In this document: in pieces, positions 42,116 through 52,629 of the stretch
How positions within the stretch are numbered: position 1 is the first letter of the stretch
Layout: every line of letters starts with the position of its first letter
NCBI GenBank assembly: GCA_041687805.1
Contig: JBDNJK010000116.1
Coordinates: 3,985-67,984 of the forward strand
Origin: Acidimicrobiales bacterium
Lineage (GTDB): Bacteria; Actinomycetota; Acidimicrobiia; Acidimicrobiales; Aldehydirespiratoraceae
Direction: 5' to 3'
DNA: 64,000 nucleotides
Notes under the pieces: generated by a model
Told to the model about the DNA's origin: nothing
Database searches by the model: none
What the model saw: the letters and a program-made list of their open reading frames with translations, nothing else
Made by a program: the position numbers and the translations under genes

Positions 42116-43225
42116 TCAGGACCATGTCTCGATTACGTCAGCACGAAACGATTCGAACGTGCCGTTGGATATCGAGTCACCGAGCCGATCCATGAATCGG
42201 AGCAGCCAGCCCACGTTGTGGAGTGTCAGAACGCGTGCTGCCGTGGGCTCTCCAACCGATAGAAGATGTCGGAGGTAGCCGCGCGACCAGCGCGATGCCG
42301 GGCTGTTGGGCCAACTCGGGTCTACAGGCTCGTCGCTCCGAGCGAATTCAGCTCGCTTGAGGTTGTAGCGACCAGCATCGGTCAACACCGTGCCATGACG
42401 AGCCAGTCGGGTCGGCAACACACAGTCGAACATGTCGACGCCGCGAGCCACCGACTCGACAATTCCTATCGGATCGCCGAGCCCCATGAAATATCTGGGC
42501 TGGTTCCTCGGCAAAATGCTCATGCACGAGTCGAGTCCATGGAGCATTGCCGTGCGGTCCTCCCCCACCGACAAGCCACCCACGGCATAGCCATCGAAGT
42601 CGAACTCGACTATTCGTTTGGCCGACTCTGCGCGCAATTCCTCGTCGGTTCCTCCTTGAACGATTCCGAACTGGCACTGGCGGTCGCTGGCATCGGGGTG
42701 CTCGAGGAACGCTTCGCGACCACGTGCCGCCCACAGTGAGGTGAGGTCGACGGCACGACCGACAATCGCCTTGTCTGCCACCGAGGATGGACACACGTCG
42801 AGCACCATTTGGATATCGGCGCCGATGAGGGCCTGTATATCGACGGCCTTCTCCGGTGTGAGGACGTGGGACGAACCGTCGTAGGTCGACTTGAACTTCG
42901 CTCCAGTCTCGTCAAGCTTTGGCGACAACGAGAAAATTTGGTAACCGCCGCTGTCGGTGAGCACATGCCGGTGCCAATCGGCGAAGCCGTGGATGTCGCC
43001 GAGTGCCGCCACCGTGTCGGCCCCGGGCCTGAGCATCAGGTGGTAGGTGTTGGCAAGTATCACCTCGGCGCCGAGCGATTCGAGATCTGCGCTCGTGAGG
43101 TGTTTGACCGCACCCCTCGTTCCGACCGGCATGAATCTCGGGGTGGAGAACTGACCGCGCGCCGTGGTGACCACGCCCCGTCGGGCACCACCGTCGTGAG
43201 CTGTCTCGGTGAACGTGGCTTTCAT
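42116..43225 (-). CDS. tgt: tRNA-guanine transglycosylase (preQ1-inserting type)
   Basis: TP.FMPVGT, NTYHL, LTDSGGYQ, LDVC, GIVQGG, GGLSVGE, DMFDCVLPTR. Confidence 0.97.
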   Translation of the reverse strand: MKATFTETAHDGGARRGVVTTARGQFSTPRFMPVGTRGAVKHLTSADLESLGAEVILANTYHLMLRPGADTVAALGDIHGFADWHRHVLTDSGGYQIFSLSPKLDETGAKFKSTYDGSSHVLTPEKAVDIQALIGADIQMVLDVCPSSVADKAIVGRAVDLTSLWAARGREAFLEHPDASDRQCQFGIVQGGTDEELRAESAKRIVEFDFDGYAVGGLSVGEDRTAMLHGLDSCMSILPRNQPRYFMGLGDPIGIVESVARGVDMFDCVLPTRLARHGTVLTDAGRYNLKRAEFARSDEPVDPSWPNSPASRWSRGYLRHLLSVGEPTAARVLTLHNVGWLLRFMDRLGDSISNGTFESFRADVIETWS

Positions 43226-43308
43226 GCGAACGATTCCATCAGCATTCGTCGATGCTAGGCGTTGCTCGATTCGACCCGACCTGACGCGTGTGCCTAGCTT
43301 CGACGGCC

Positions 43309-44493
43309 ATGACCATCACACATCGTCAGGACTCTTCTATCTTCCCGAGACACCCGGAAGTGCACGGACGCTGCGATGAGCGATTTGGCGCAGTGAAAGA
43401 CGCTTTCTTGGCAAATTTCGCAGCCGGCGCAGAACTCGGCGCGAGCGTTTGCATGACTGTCGATGGGGATCCCGTCGTCGATATCTGGGCCGGCGACTCC
43501 ACACCGGGCGGACCAGCCTGGGATCGCGACACGATCGTCAACGTCTACTCCACCACCAAGACCATGGCCGGGCTCTGCATGCTGATGCTGGCCGACCGAG
43601 GCCAGCTCGATTGGGAAGAACCGGTCGCCACCTATTGGCCAGAGTTCGCGGCCAACGGCAAAGCCGGCGTACTGGTCAGAAACGTGATGGGCCACACTTC
43701 GGGGCTCTCGGGATTCGATCAACTGATCTCGCCGGAGGATCTCTACGACTGGGACAAGATCACCTCACTACTCGCTGCTCAAGCCCCATGGTGGACACCT
43801 GGGGAGGCGGCTGGATACCACGCAGTGACGCTCGGCTATCTACAGGGCGAGATTCTTCGCAGGATCACCGGCCGAACCATTGGCGAGTTCTTGCGAACCG
43901 AGGTCGCCCAGCCGTTGGGTGCAGACTTCCACATCGGGCTTGCGCCAGAGAACGACTCGCGGGTCAGCAACCTGATACCTCCCACACCAGACGAACTCAG
44001 TGCAACTGCTGACACGATGGACCACGAGTCGATCGCCTTTCGCACTCTCAGCAACCCGGTGATGACCGGCATGGAACCCAGCACCACAGCGTGGCGCCGG
44101 GCCGAGATTCCTGCGGCCGGCGGTATCGGCAATGCCCGCTCTGTCGCACGGGTCCATGCTGCGATGGCTTGCGGTGGCACGCTCGATGGCGTCGAGATCA
44201 TTAGCCGTGAAGGGCTCGAAGCGATCTTCCAAAGCCAATTCAACGGCACCGACCACGTATTCATGGGCCCGACCAACTACGGGATGGGTTACGGGCTTCC
44301 CGATGAAGCATTCCCGCTGCCCGGCACCCACACCTGTTATTGGGGCGGATGGGGCGGCTCCAAGGCAATCATCGACCTCGACCAGCGCATGTCGTTCGCA
44401 TACGTGATGAACCGGATGGATGCGTCACTCATCGAAGACATGCGCGGACCCAATATCTTGATGGCTGCCTACGGAGCACTTCTCGGAGGCTGA
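43309..44493 (+). CDS. serine hydrolase, beta-lactamase-like / family VIII esterase
   Basis: YSTTK (SxxK), WPEFAANGK, P.W.PG..GYH, WGGWGGS; no signal peptide. Confidence 0.9.
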   Translation: MTITHRQDSSIFPRHPEVHGRCDERFGAVKDAFLANFAAGAELGASVCMTVDGDPVVDIWAGDSTPGGPAWDRDTIVNVYSTTKTMAGLCMLMLADRGQLDWEEPVATYWPEFAANGKAGVLVRNVMGHTSGLSGFDQLISPEDLYDWDKITSLLAAQAPWWTPGEAAGYHAVTLGYLQGEILRRITGRTIGEFLRTEVAQPLGADFHIGLAPENDSRVSNLIPPTPDELSATADTMDHESIAFRTLSNPVMTGMEPSTTAWRRAEIPAAGGIGNARSVARVHAAMACGGTLDGVEIISREGLEAIFQSQFNGTDHVFMGPTNYGMGYGLPDEAFPLPGTHTCYWGGWGGSKAIIDLDQRMSFAYVMNRMDASLIEDMRGPNILMAAYGALLGG

Positions 44494-44505
44494 AGCGACG
44501 ACGAG

Positions 44506-45543
44506 TCAAGCGATGGGGCGAATCGAGTCGGAATCTGCTCCGAGCAACATCGCATCGCCGAACGACAGAAAACGGTAACCCTCATCGATCGCCGTCTGAT
44601 ACAGGTCGCGCCACCTCGGGCCCACAAAGGCATCCACCAAACACAGCAGCGTGGAACGAGGAAGATGAAAATTGGTAAGAAGAACATCGACCACTCGCCA
44701 CTCGTAGGGGCGGCGGATGAACAAGCTGCTCCGACCTTCTCGGCAACCGGTGGCAGCCCACGTCTCCAAGGCTCTCACCGACGTGGTGCCGATCGCCACC
44801 ACGCGCCGAGCCGACTCGATAGCGGCCGCTGTCTCATCGGGAACGAGGTAACGCTCGGTGTGGATCACATGATCGTCGAGCCGATCGACCTGAACCGGTC
44901 GGAACGTGTCGAGCCCGACCGCCAACTCAACCGTGACCACCTTGATGCCCTTGGATCGAAGGCGACCAAGCAGTTCGTCGGTGAGATGTAGGCCTGCGGT
45001 GGGCGCTGCGGCCGACACCGGACGATGTGCGAAGACGGTTTGATAACGCTCCGGGTCATCGAGTCCCGCATGGATGTAGGGCGGAAGCGGCGGCAAACCA
45101 ACTGCCGCCAACGCATCGAGAAGCGGCACATCGCCAGCGTCGAGGCTGACTACTCTTCGGCCCTCACCCAGGTCGTCTAGAACGACCACATCAAGACCCG
45201 GCGCGGTGACCGGGGTGCCTGGTGGCAGCTTCCGGGAAGGTCGTACCAATGCCTCCCAGCGCCCATCGTCAAGTTCCTCGAGCAGCAACACCTCGGCTGC
45301 TCCACCGGTCGAGCGACGTAGAACAAGGCGTGCCGGAAGGACTCGGGTGTCGTTGACCACCACCACGTCGCCGGACTCCAGAAGATCGGGCAGGTCCGCA
45401 ACAATCAGGTGCTCAACCGAGTCTCCCCGGTCGACGAGAAGCCGGGCCGAGTCGCGCTGGGCCAGAGGATGCTGGGCGATCCTGTCGGGGGGAAGCGGAT
45501 AATCGATGTCGTCCGGACTGGACGGCGAAAGCGAGGTGGCCAC
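44506..45543 (-). CDS. queA: S-adenosylmethionine:tRNA ribosyltransferase-isomerase
   Basis: DYPLP..IAQ.P, VNDTRV.PAR, PLPPYI, AAPTAGLH, TNFHLPRSTL, YRFLSFGDAM. Confidence 0.97.
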   Translation of the reverse strand: MATSLSPSSPDDIDYPLPPDRIAQHPLAQRDSARLLVDRGDSVEHLIVADLPDLLESGDVVVVNDTRVLPARLVLRRSTGGAAEVLLLEELDDGRWEALVRPSRKLPPGTPVTAPGLDVVVLDDLGEGRRVVSLDAGDVPLLDALAAVGLPPLPPYIHAGLDDPERYQTVFAHRPVSAAAPTAGLHLTDELLGRLRSKGIKVVTVELAVGLDTFRPVQVDRLDDHVIHTERYLVPDETAAAIESARRVVAIGTTSVRALETWAATGCREGRSSLFIRRPYEWRVVDVLLTNFHLPRSTLLCLVDAFVGPRWRDLYQTAIDEGYRFLSFGDAMLLGADSDSIRPIA

Positions 45544-45580
45544 AGCCAATGAGGCTATGTCGCTCAGGTGAAGAGGCCGC

Positions 45581-46603
45581 TCAGCCGAAGAGGCCGCTTT
45601 GAGACGACGCCGGCGGGGTAAGCCCCAAATGGGCATAGGCCGATGGGGTGGCGACTCGTCCACGGGGCGTGCGCATGAGCAGCCCTTGCTGAATCAGGTA
45701 GGGCTCGTAGACGTCTTCCACGGTCTCGGTTGGTTCGCTCACGCTGATGGCAAGTGTCGACAGCCCGACTGGACCTCCGCCGAAACGACCACAGATCGAT
45801 TCAAGAACCGCGCGAGAGGCTTTGTCGAGACCCAATTCATCGACACCAAAGAAAGCGAGCCCGTCGGACGCCACGGTGGAATCTATGTGTGAGTCGCGTT
45901 CGACCTCGGCAAAATCGCGAACCTGCCTGAGTAGACGATTGGAGATACGTGGAGTGCCTCTCGATCGGCGAGCAATTTCGAACGCGCCTTCCTCCGTGAT
46001 TTCGACACCGAGAATTCCGGCCGCCCGCAACACGATCGACTGGAGATCGTCGACCTCGTAGTAGTCGAGACGAGCAACCAGACCGAATCGGTCGCGGAGC
46101 GGGCCAGTGATGAGCCCGGTGCGGGTGGTGGCGCCGACCAGCGTGAAGCGAGAAAGTTCGAGCGGAATCGAACGAGCGGCAGGGCCCTTCCCCAACACAA
46201 TGTCGATCCGGAAATCCTCCATGGCCGGATAGAGAACTTCCTCGACTGCACGAGGCAGGCGATGAATCTCGTCGATGAAGAGAACGTCACCCTCCTCCAC
46301 CTTGGTGAGAATTGAGGCCAAATCGCCGGCTCGTTCCAAAGCCGGACCCGAGGTGACCTGGATGTTGGCGTCCATTTCGGCGGCGACAATATTGGCCAAA
46401 GTGGTCTTGCCCAGCCCGGGTGGGCCGGCGAACAACATGTGGTCGGTGGGCTCTCGGCGCATCCGGGCCGCGCCCAACATCACACCGAGATGACCCTTCA
46501 ATTCAGTCTGGCCGACAAACTCCGACAAATTTCTGGGCCGAAGGCCCGGCTCATCAACTTGGTCGATCGGTTCCTCGCGGGGAGAAAGAATCTCTTCACG
46601 CAT
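45581..46603 (-). CDS. ruvB: Holliday junction branch migration helicase RuvB
   Basis: [34 protein letters not shown]. Confidence 0.98.
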   Translation of the reverse strand: MREEILSPREEPIDQVDEPGLRPRNLSEFVGQTELKGHLGVMLGAARMRREPTDHMLFAGPPGLGKTTLANIVAAEMDANIQVTSGPALERAGDLASILTKVEEGDVLFIDEIHRLPRAVEEVLYPAMEDFRIDIVLGKGPAARSIPLELSRFTLVGATTRTGLITGPLRDRFGLVARLDYYEVDDLQSIVLRAAGILGVEITEEGAFEIARRSRGTPRISNRLLRQVRDFAEVERDSHIDSTVASDGLAFFGVDELGLDKASRAVLESICGRFGGGPVGLSTLAISVSEPTETVEDVYEPYLIQQGLLMRTPRGRVATPSAYAHLGLTPPASSQSGLFG

Positions 46604-46606
46604 GGC

Positions 46607-47212
46607 TCAGTGAACCCCTGCCAGGCGTCGTAACGCCTCCTTGAGAAGCACCCCGACCTCGCCATCTGCCGGCAACTCGGAGACAACCGCGTGGATCTCG
46701 TCGGCGGCGTAACCAAGACCCTCGAGTGCGCTACGCAGATCGGCTCGCGCGCTGGCTCGTTTGGGAGCATCACCATCGCCGGGAACAACCACGACGGATG
46801 AATCCGGAAGGTCGAGCTTCGACTTGAGCTCCATGACGATTCGAGCCGCAGTCTTCTTACCGACGCCCGGGACCAGGCACATGGCGCCGATGTCGTCGTC
46901 GGCCACGGCCAATCGAAGAGCATCCGGGCCATGGACGGAGAGAATCGCCATACCCAACGATGGGCCGACACCATGGGCCGAAATCACCGCCTCAAAGACG
47001 CGACGTTCGTCGATGGTGGCAAAGCCGTAGAGCGTCTCACTGTCTTCTCGAACGGAATGATGGGTGTGGACAAAAACCTCGTCGTCGCCACCGCCGAGAT
47101 CAACTGATATGGACGGCGTGACGGTGACCCTATATCCGATTCCTGCCACCTCGATGAGGAGCACCCCATCGTGGCCGCGGTCGAGCAGGCGGCCCCGCAA
47201 CGAACCGATCAT
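46607..47212 (-). CDS. ruvA: Holliday junction branch migration protein RuvA
   Basis: MIGSLRG, LYGF, GVGP, VPGVGKKTA.RI.ELK; ATGA overlap with ruvC. Confidence 0.97.
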   Translation of the reverse strand: MIGSLRGRLLDRGHDGVLLIEVAGIGYRVTVTPSISVDLGGGDDEVFVHTHHSVREDSETLYGFATIDERRVFEAVISAHGVGPSLGMAILSVHGPDALRLAVADDDIGAMCLVPGVGKKTAARIVMELKSKLDLPDSSVVVVPGDGDAPKRASARADLRSALEGLGYAADEIHAVVSELPADGEVGVLLKEALRRLAGVH

Positions 47213-47703
47213 TTTCTCGCGCCTCCGCTGGCACCGACACGCTGATGGGCCAGATGACAAAGCGCTATTGCCACCGCGTCGGCAGTGTCGGCAGGGCGCA
47301 ACGGCTCTGCCAATCCCAACAAAGTCTGCACCATCTGCCCGATCTGTTTCTTGTCGGCACTTCCCCAACCAGCAACCGCCTGCTTGACCTCATTGGGAGA
47401 ATATTCGACGAGATCGCAACCCGCAGCGGAGGCTTCGGCCATGACTACGCCAATCGCCATTGCCACTTTCATGGCGGTGCGGACGTTGTGCTGGAAAAAC
47501 ACTCTTTCAATGGCGACAACTTCCGGGTTGAGTTCAGCGATGAGGCCCCTGACCTCCCGTTGGATCTCGGCCAGCCTCACTGGTGTATCGAGCGCAGGGT
47601 CGGTGCGGATCACGCCAGCCGACACCGCACGCGGCCGACGACCGCTTTCAACGCACCCGTAGCCGCATCGCGACAACCCGGGATCAATACCTAAGACGAA
47701 CAC
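47209..47703 (-). CDS. ruvC: crossover junction endodeoxyribonuclease RuvC
   Basis: LGIDPG, AIERVF, VKQAV.G.G.ADK, D.ADA.AIA.CH. Confidence 0.97.
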   Translation of the reverse strand: MFVLGIDPGLSRCGYGCVESGRRPRAVSAGVIRTDPALDTPVRLAEIQREVRGLIAELNPEVVAIERVFFQHNVRTAMKVAMAIGVVMAEASAAGCDLVEYSPNEVKQAVAGWGSADKKQIGQMVQTLLGLAEPLRPADTADAVAIALCHLAHQRVGASGGARK

Positions 47704-47779
47704 ATGTACGACTGTAGTGCCGACACGCGCTAGCGCGGCGGACGCCACCCGTCAGGGCTGACAGACATCAACGAAGCGC

Positions 47780-48529
47780 CTACTCCGACGCCGACTCCAT
47801 GAGGTCGTCGGTCATGTCGAAATTGCCATGGACGTCCTGGACGTCGTCAAGATCGTCGAGAAGTTCCAACAACTTGAGCACCCGCCTGGCGACCCCGAGT
47901 TCGGTCACCTCGACCGTGGACGAAGGCAACATCGTGAGATCAGCCGAGTCAAAGGAGATACCGGCCGACTCAATGGCCTCGCGGACAGCATTGAAATCGG
48001 TTGGCGGGGTGGTCACCTGCCATTGCTCCCCATCGGCGACCAGATCCTCGGCTCCGGCGTCGAGAGCCACCATCATCAATTCGTCTTCTTCGACCTCAGA
48101 TGGGATGAGGATGACGCCCTTGCGCTCGAACTGCCACGCCACAGCGCCAGGCTCAGCGAGCGACCCACCGTTCTTCGACAACGTGTTGCGAACGTCGCCA
48201 CCGGTGCGGTTGCGATTATCGGTGAGGCACTCGATGTAAAGCGCCACTCCCCCGGGTGCATAACCCTCATAGGTGACCGTCTCGTAGTTGACGCCTTCAA
48301 GCTCTCCGGTGCCCCGCTTGACGGCACGTTCGATCGTGTCGAGAGGAACCGAGGCGTCGCGGGCCTTCTGGAACATCGTGCGTAACGTGGCGTTGGAATC
48401 GAGATCTCCGCCGCCAGTTCGGGCGGCCACCTCCACCTGTTTGATCAACTTGGCGAACAGCTTGCCGCGCTTGGCGTCAGCCGCACCCTTCTTGTGCTTG
48501 ATCGTTGCCCATTTGGAGTGACCCGACAT
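47780..48529 (-). CDS. yebC: YebC/PmpR family protein
   Basis: MSGHSKWATIKHKK, YEGYAPGG, TDN.NRT, DDVQ.V. Confidence 0.97.
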   Translation of the reverse strand: MSGHSKWATIKHKKGAADAKRGKLFAKLIKQVEVAARTGGGDLDSNATLRTMFQKARDASVPLDTIERAVKRGTGELEGVNYETVTYEGYAPGGVALYIECLTDNRNRTGGDVRNTLSKNGGSLAEPGAVAWQFERKGVILIPSEVEEDELMMVALDAGAEDLVADGEQWQVTTPPTDFNAVREAIESAGISFDSADLTMLPSSTVEVTELGVARRVLKLLELLDDLDDVQDVHGNFDMTDDLMESASE

Positions 48530-48583
48530 GGGTGATTCCTCTCGATTTGCCAGGGAACAAGATTCCCGGATGCGGATTGGGGA

Positions 48584-49174
48584 TTACGGATTTCCGGAGT
48601 CGATGCGTCGGATGAACTGACGGTGGACACGATCGTCCCCCGACAACTCCGGGTGGAACGCTGCCACTGTGACATGGCCCTGTCGACACAGTACGGGGTT
48701 GCCATCGACATTTGCGAGAACCTCGACCTCTTCGCCGGTGCGTGTCACCACCGGAGCCCGAATGAAGACGGCGTGGAATGGCGTCTCGAAGTCGGCTACA
48801 TCGATGTCCGACTCGAAACTGTCGGTCTGGGTGCCGTAGCCATTGCGCCTTACGTCGACGTCGATTGCACCCAGAAAATGCTGATCAGGCCTGCCATCCA
48901 GGATCTTGGCCGACAGCAGAATCAGTCCGGCACAGGTGCCGAGAACCGGAAGACCCGCCGCGATACGTTGCGCAAGCGGATCGAGTAGTCCGCCACGATC
49001 GAGCAGCATTGAGATGGTGGTCGACTCACCGCCCGGGATCACCAAAGCATCCACGCGTTCCAGTTGTTCTGGAGTGCGAATCTCCAAAGTCTGCGCGCCA
49101 AGCGGTGCAAGAATTTTCGAGTGTGCGGCAAAGGCGCCTTGCAGCGCCAGTACGCCTACGAGCGGTGCTACCAA
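48584..49174 (-). CDS. pdxT: pyridoxal 5'-phosphate synthase glutaminase subunit
   Basis: [30 protein letters not shown]. Confidence 0.97.
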   Translation of the reverse strand: MVAPLVGVLALQGAFAAHSKILAPLGAQTLEIRTPEQLERVDALVIPGGESTTISMLLDRGGLLDPLAQRIAAGLPVLGTCAGLILLSAKILDGRPDQHFLGAIDVDVRRNGYGTQTDSFESDIDVADFETPFHAVFIRAPVVTRTGEEVEVLANVDGNPVLCRQGHVTVAAFHPELSGDDRVHRQFIRRIDSGNP

Positions 49175-50079
49175 CCGCGATCGGCCAGTTTCGTCTCGAG
49201 GGTGGCGATCTCCAAGCCCTTCATAGCCGCGCCCAGACCGGTGCTGACCTTGGCGATGATCGCCGGGTCTTGGAAGTGGCTAGCGGACTCGACGATGGCC
49301 GATGCCATCTTTGCCGGCTGTGAACTCTTGAAAATTCCGGACCCGACGAAAATCGACTGGGCACCCAACTGCATTACCAACGATGCATCCGCCGGGGTGG
49401 CGATGCCACCAGCGCAAAACATCGGCACCGGCAGCGAGCCGGTGTCGTGGACCTCTTGGACGAGCGACAATGGCGCCTGGAGTTTCTTGGCCCAGTCGAA
49501 CAACTCAGCCGAATCGGCAGTGGTGATCTTACGGATATCACCGAGAATCGAACGAAGATGACGAACCGCCTCGACGATGTTGCCGGTGCCGGCCTCACCC
49601 TTCGAGCGGATCAAGCAAGCTCCCTCGCTGATGCGCCTGAGCGCTTCACCGAGGTTGGTGGCGCCGCACACGAATGGGGTAACAAACGCCCACTTGTCGA
49701 TGTGATGGGATTCATCGGCGGGGGTGAGAACTTCCGACTCGTCGATGTAGTCGACGCCGAGCGATTGCAGAACCTGAGCTTCACCAAAATGACCGATGCG
49801 AGCCTTGGCCATCACCGGAATGCTCACCGCGGCCTGGATCCCCTTGATCATCTCGGGATCAGACATACGGGCCACGCCGCCATCGCGACGAATATCGGCC
49901 GGGACTCGTTCCAGGGCCATCACTGCGACGGCACCAGCATCCTCGGCGATTCGGGCCTGATCGCGGTCGACCACATCCATGATCACGCCACCCTTGAGCA
50001 TTTCGGCGAGCCCACGCTTGACCAACTGAGTGCCGGTCTCGCGAGACGAGATTTCTGCGCGATCTGTGTTGTCTTCCAT
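49168..50079 (-). CDS. pdxS: pyridoxal 5'-phosphate synthase lyase subunit (ATG 50079 preferred; 50088 alternative)
   Basis: [42 protein letters not shown]. Confidence 0.98.
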   Translation of the reverse strand: MEDNTDRAEISSRETGTQLVKRGLAEMLKGGVIMDVVDRDQARIAEDAGAVAVMALERVPADIRRDGGVARMSDPEMIKGIQAAVSIPVMAKARIGHFGEAQVLQSLGVDYIDESEVLTPADESHHIDKWAFVTPFVCGATNLGEALRRISEGACLIRSKGEAGTGNIVEAVRHLRSILGDIRKITTADSAELFDWAKKLQAPLSLVQEVHDTGSLPVPMFCAGGIATPADASLVMQLGAQSIFVGSGIFKSSQPAKMASAIVESASHFQDPAIIAKVSTGLGAAMKGLEIATLETKLADRGW

Positions 50080-50106
50080 GATGTTCATCCTATGGCTCTC
50101 GACCGC

Positions 50107-51282
50107 TTACGACGTAGCCGAATCGCGGGCATCGGAAAGTAGTTTCAGCGCATCGGACGGATCGATGACACTGATGTCGGCCGTGGCGAACATGGAGTGC
50201 TGGCCCGCAGCGAGCAGCACCCACGTCGAACCGGGCGCAAGTGGAATGACCGCGCCGTCTGGATTTGTCAGATTCCAGCTCGGAGCTTCGGCAGATCTCG
50301 ACCATGTGCCCTCGATCAATCGGCCACGGGTGAAGACCTGCACCGGGCCGTTCCCAAAGGTCCTGGCCTGCGGGGATTCACCGTCGGCGGCTGATACGCC
50401 GTAGTTGACCTGGGCAACTATCACGTTGGCGGGAGCGACCTCAACCTCTACGCCGCCGACCACCGATGTTTGAAGGGTGCCGTCCTGAAGCCTCACCCAG
50501 CCATTTGACGCTGTGTCCCAGACGTGGGTCGACCGACGACCGAACGTGCTTGGATAGTCGACATCCACGCCACCGACAGCGCTGCCCGACTCTGGCGGCA
50601 AATCACCGTAGGTGAACAACGCTCCTGGTATCCCAGCATTCGTGTCGGGGATATCTGCCGGCACCACGTAGAGATTGTCGGGGGCGGCGCGATCATCGGA
50701 CCGGAAATATGCGCTCTCGAGTCTGAGAGCCCCCACATCCACCATCAGGCCGGCATCTCTGGCTTGGCGGAGCTCCCTCAACACGATGGTGTTGCCACCC
50801 GAATAGCCGAACAGTGGCTTCGACAGCCCTGCCAGAAGATGGACATCGCTTGATCGGCCCGATCGAACCGGCCCTATGGCATCGGGGATTTGTGAGTGAA
50901 ACACCGCGAAGAACCGGGTCTTGAGACCCTCAACCAACTCTTCATAGATCACATCGGCCTCGAACAGTCCGGTCTGCGGACGCGACTTTGCGTCGTTGTT
51001 GCCGATCTTGATCACCAATGCCGGGGCTTCTTCGCGGTCGGCAGATATTGGCGCTCCGGTAAGCGGTCCGTATGCGCCGGTGTATTGCTCGACTGTGGTC
51101 GTCGATGCAACCGTTGTGGAAGCAGCGGCGGTCGTCACAGTCGGTGAGCTCGATGCCGAGGTGGAGGGGGTAGCCGAGTTGTCTCCGCCGCCTCCGCCGC
51201 ATGCCTTCGCGAGGATGAGCGCGACGGCGACCGCTACGGCGACCGCGGCAGCGGTCCTGCTGCCGTTTGAGAAAATCATCAC
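50107..51282 (-). CDS. DUF3048 domain exported protein
   Basis: Signal-like N-terminus, Ser/Thr linker, PLTG, KI.N..RPQ.GL.EAD.IYEE.VEG..TR, GPVRS.R, APDNLY. Confidence 0.85.
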   Translation of the reverse strand: MMIFSNGSRTAAAVAVAVAVALILAKACGGGGGDNSATPSTSASSSPTVTTAAASTTVASTTTVEQYTGAYGPLTGAPISADREEAPALVIKIGNNDAKSRPQTGLFEADVIYEELVEGLKTRFFAVFHSQIPDAIGPVRSGRSSDVHLLAGLSKPLFGYSGGNTIVLRELRQARDAGLMVDVGALRLESAYFRSDDRAAPDNLYVVPADIPDTNAGIPGALFTYGDLPPESGSAVGGVDVDYPSTFGRRSTHVWDTASNGWVRLQDGTLQTSVVGGVEVEVAPANVIVAQVNYGVSAADGESPQARTFGNGPVQVFTRGRLIEGTWSRSAEAPSWNLTNPDGAVIPLAPGSTWVLLAAGQHSMFATADISVIDPSDALKLLSDARDSATS

Positions 51283-52004
51283 AATTCCTGAAGAGTGACG
51301 ATTCGCTGGTCGAGAGGTGGTCGTCTGGCTGACCCGCCACTAGTGGCTCCAAACAACCACAGATGGTCGGTTGTGACACCGGGTGTGACCCCGTCGCCGG
51401 TCTGGGCTCTTGTCATGGCCGAAGCAAGGGCTGGTGGATATCGGGTGATCCTGACACCCGCGTAGTCGGCCAGCACGACAGCCTTGGAATCGAGATGTCG
51501 CCCTACGAAGTGCCGCGCCAGGGATCCTCGACCCAGCAGTCGGCCAGCTGCGCACAAGATCGTGGCGGACTCCACGCCCGATTCAAGAAGGCACAAGGCG
51601 CGGGCCGTGAGTGCCTCGAGCTCAAGGCGGCTCAGGTCGTCGAGAGCGCCGGCGGTGACAACGAGATCCGCATCATCGGAGCTTCTGGCGACCATCGCGG
51701 CATCTGGGGCAGACACATCGACAACTTGTATTCGCGGGGGTGTGAAACCGCCGGACAAGCAGATCCCCTCCACGATGTTGTCGATTCTCTCACGCCGCCC
51801 ATCGACAATCGGCTGAGCCCCAAGCTCAGTGAGAGCAATGCCCAACGACACTCGTCGTACGACCAGTATCAACATGATCCCAGCCAGGACTCCGACCGCG
51901 ACAGCCACCCAGACGGGCGCGAAGAGTACAACTACAGCGCCGACGACAACTGCCAGCAGCACCGCAGGTGGACCAAGAATTCTCATCGGTGAATTTGATG
52001 TCAT
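51279..52004 (-). CDS. HtpX/M48-like membrane protein lacking the HExxH catalytic motif
   Basis: N.VEG.C...G..PP, VVT.GAL..LSRLELEAL, LAD..GV..TRYPPALASA, HLW, PP..QRI..L. Confidence 0.7.
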   Translation of the reverse strand: MTSNSPMRILGPPAVLLAVVVGAVVVLFAPVWVAVAVGVLAGIMLILVVRRVSLGIALTELGAQPIVDGRRERIDNIVEGICLSGGFTPPRIQVVDVSAPDAAMVARSSDDADLVVTAGALDDLSRLELEALTARALCLLESGVESATILCAAGRLLGRGSLARHFVGRHLDSKAVVLADYAGVRITRYPPALASAMTRAQTGDGVTPGVTTDHLWLFGATSGGSARRPPLDQRIVTLQEL

Positions 52005-52040
52005 GTGGATCTCAGTACGGAGTCGGGATTGAGCGTCAGC

Positions 52041-52589
52041 TCAGAATTGGACGGACACATTGCCGCGCGATTCGTCGTCGGTCTCGAAATATTCACGGGC
52101 GCTGAACCCCATCGGCCCCGCCATCACAACACCCGGGAACGTCTGAATCGAATTGTTGTATTTGAGAACCGTGTCGTTGTAGAGCTGACGGGCGTATGCG
52201 ATTCGGCCCTCGGTGGCAGTGAGTTCCTCCTGTAGATCCCGGAAATTATCGTTGGCCTTCAACTCCGGGTATGCCTCCGACACCGCGAACAACTGGCGAA
52301 GCGCGCCGGTGAGCATGTTTTCGCTCTGCGCCTGAGCGGCGGGACCCTGGGCGGTGGTTGCGGCGTTGCGGGCCGCGATTACAGCCTCGAGTGTCTCGCG
52401 CTCGTGGGATGCATATCCCTTGACGGTTTCGACCAGATTCGGGATCAGATCCCACCGACGTTTCAGCTGCACGTCTATCTGCGCCCAGGCATTCTCGATG
52501 CGATTCCTGAGCCTGACCATCTTGTTGTAAATGCTGATGATGAAAACAACCAGCACGACTACAACAGCCAGAACGATCAATAAAACCAT
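52041..52589 (-). CDS. lemA: LemA family protein
   Basis: YN..V.LRN..NAW.QIDVQL.RR.DLIPNLVETVKGYA.HE, EAYPELKA; GGAGG SD. Confidence 0.96.
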   Translation of the reverse strand: MVLLIVLAVVVVLVVFIISIYNKMVRLRNRIENAWAQIDVQLKRRWDLIPNLVETVKGYASHERETLEAVIAARNAATTAQGPAAQAQSENMLTGALRQLFAVSEAYPELKANDNFRDLQEELTATEGRIAYARQLYNDTVLKYNNSIQTFPGVVMAGPMGFSAREYFETDDESRGNVSVQF

Positions 52590-52629
52590 CTGTTCCTCCG
52601 GAACGACGCTCGGTAGCGCTACAACCCCA

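Noticed and set aside
43226..43260. AGCAT/ATGCT hairpin upstream of tgt as a possible preQ1 riboswitch
   Set aside because: Lacks the preQ1 loop consensus and A-rich 3' tail
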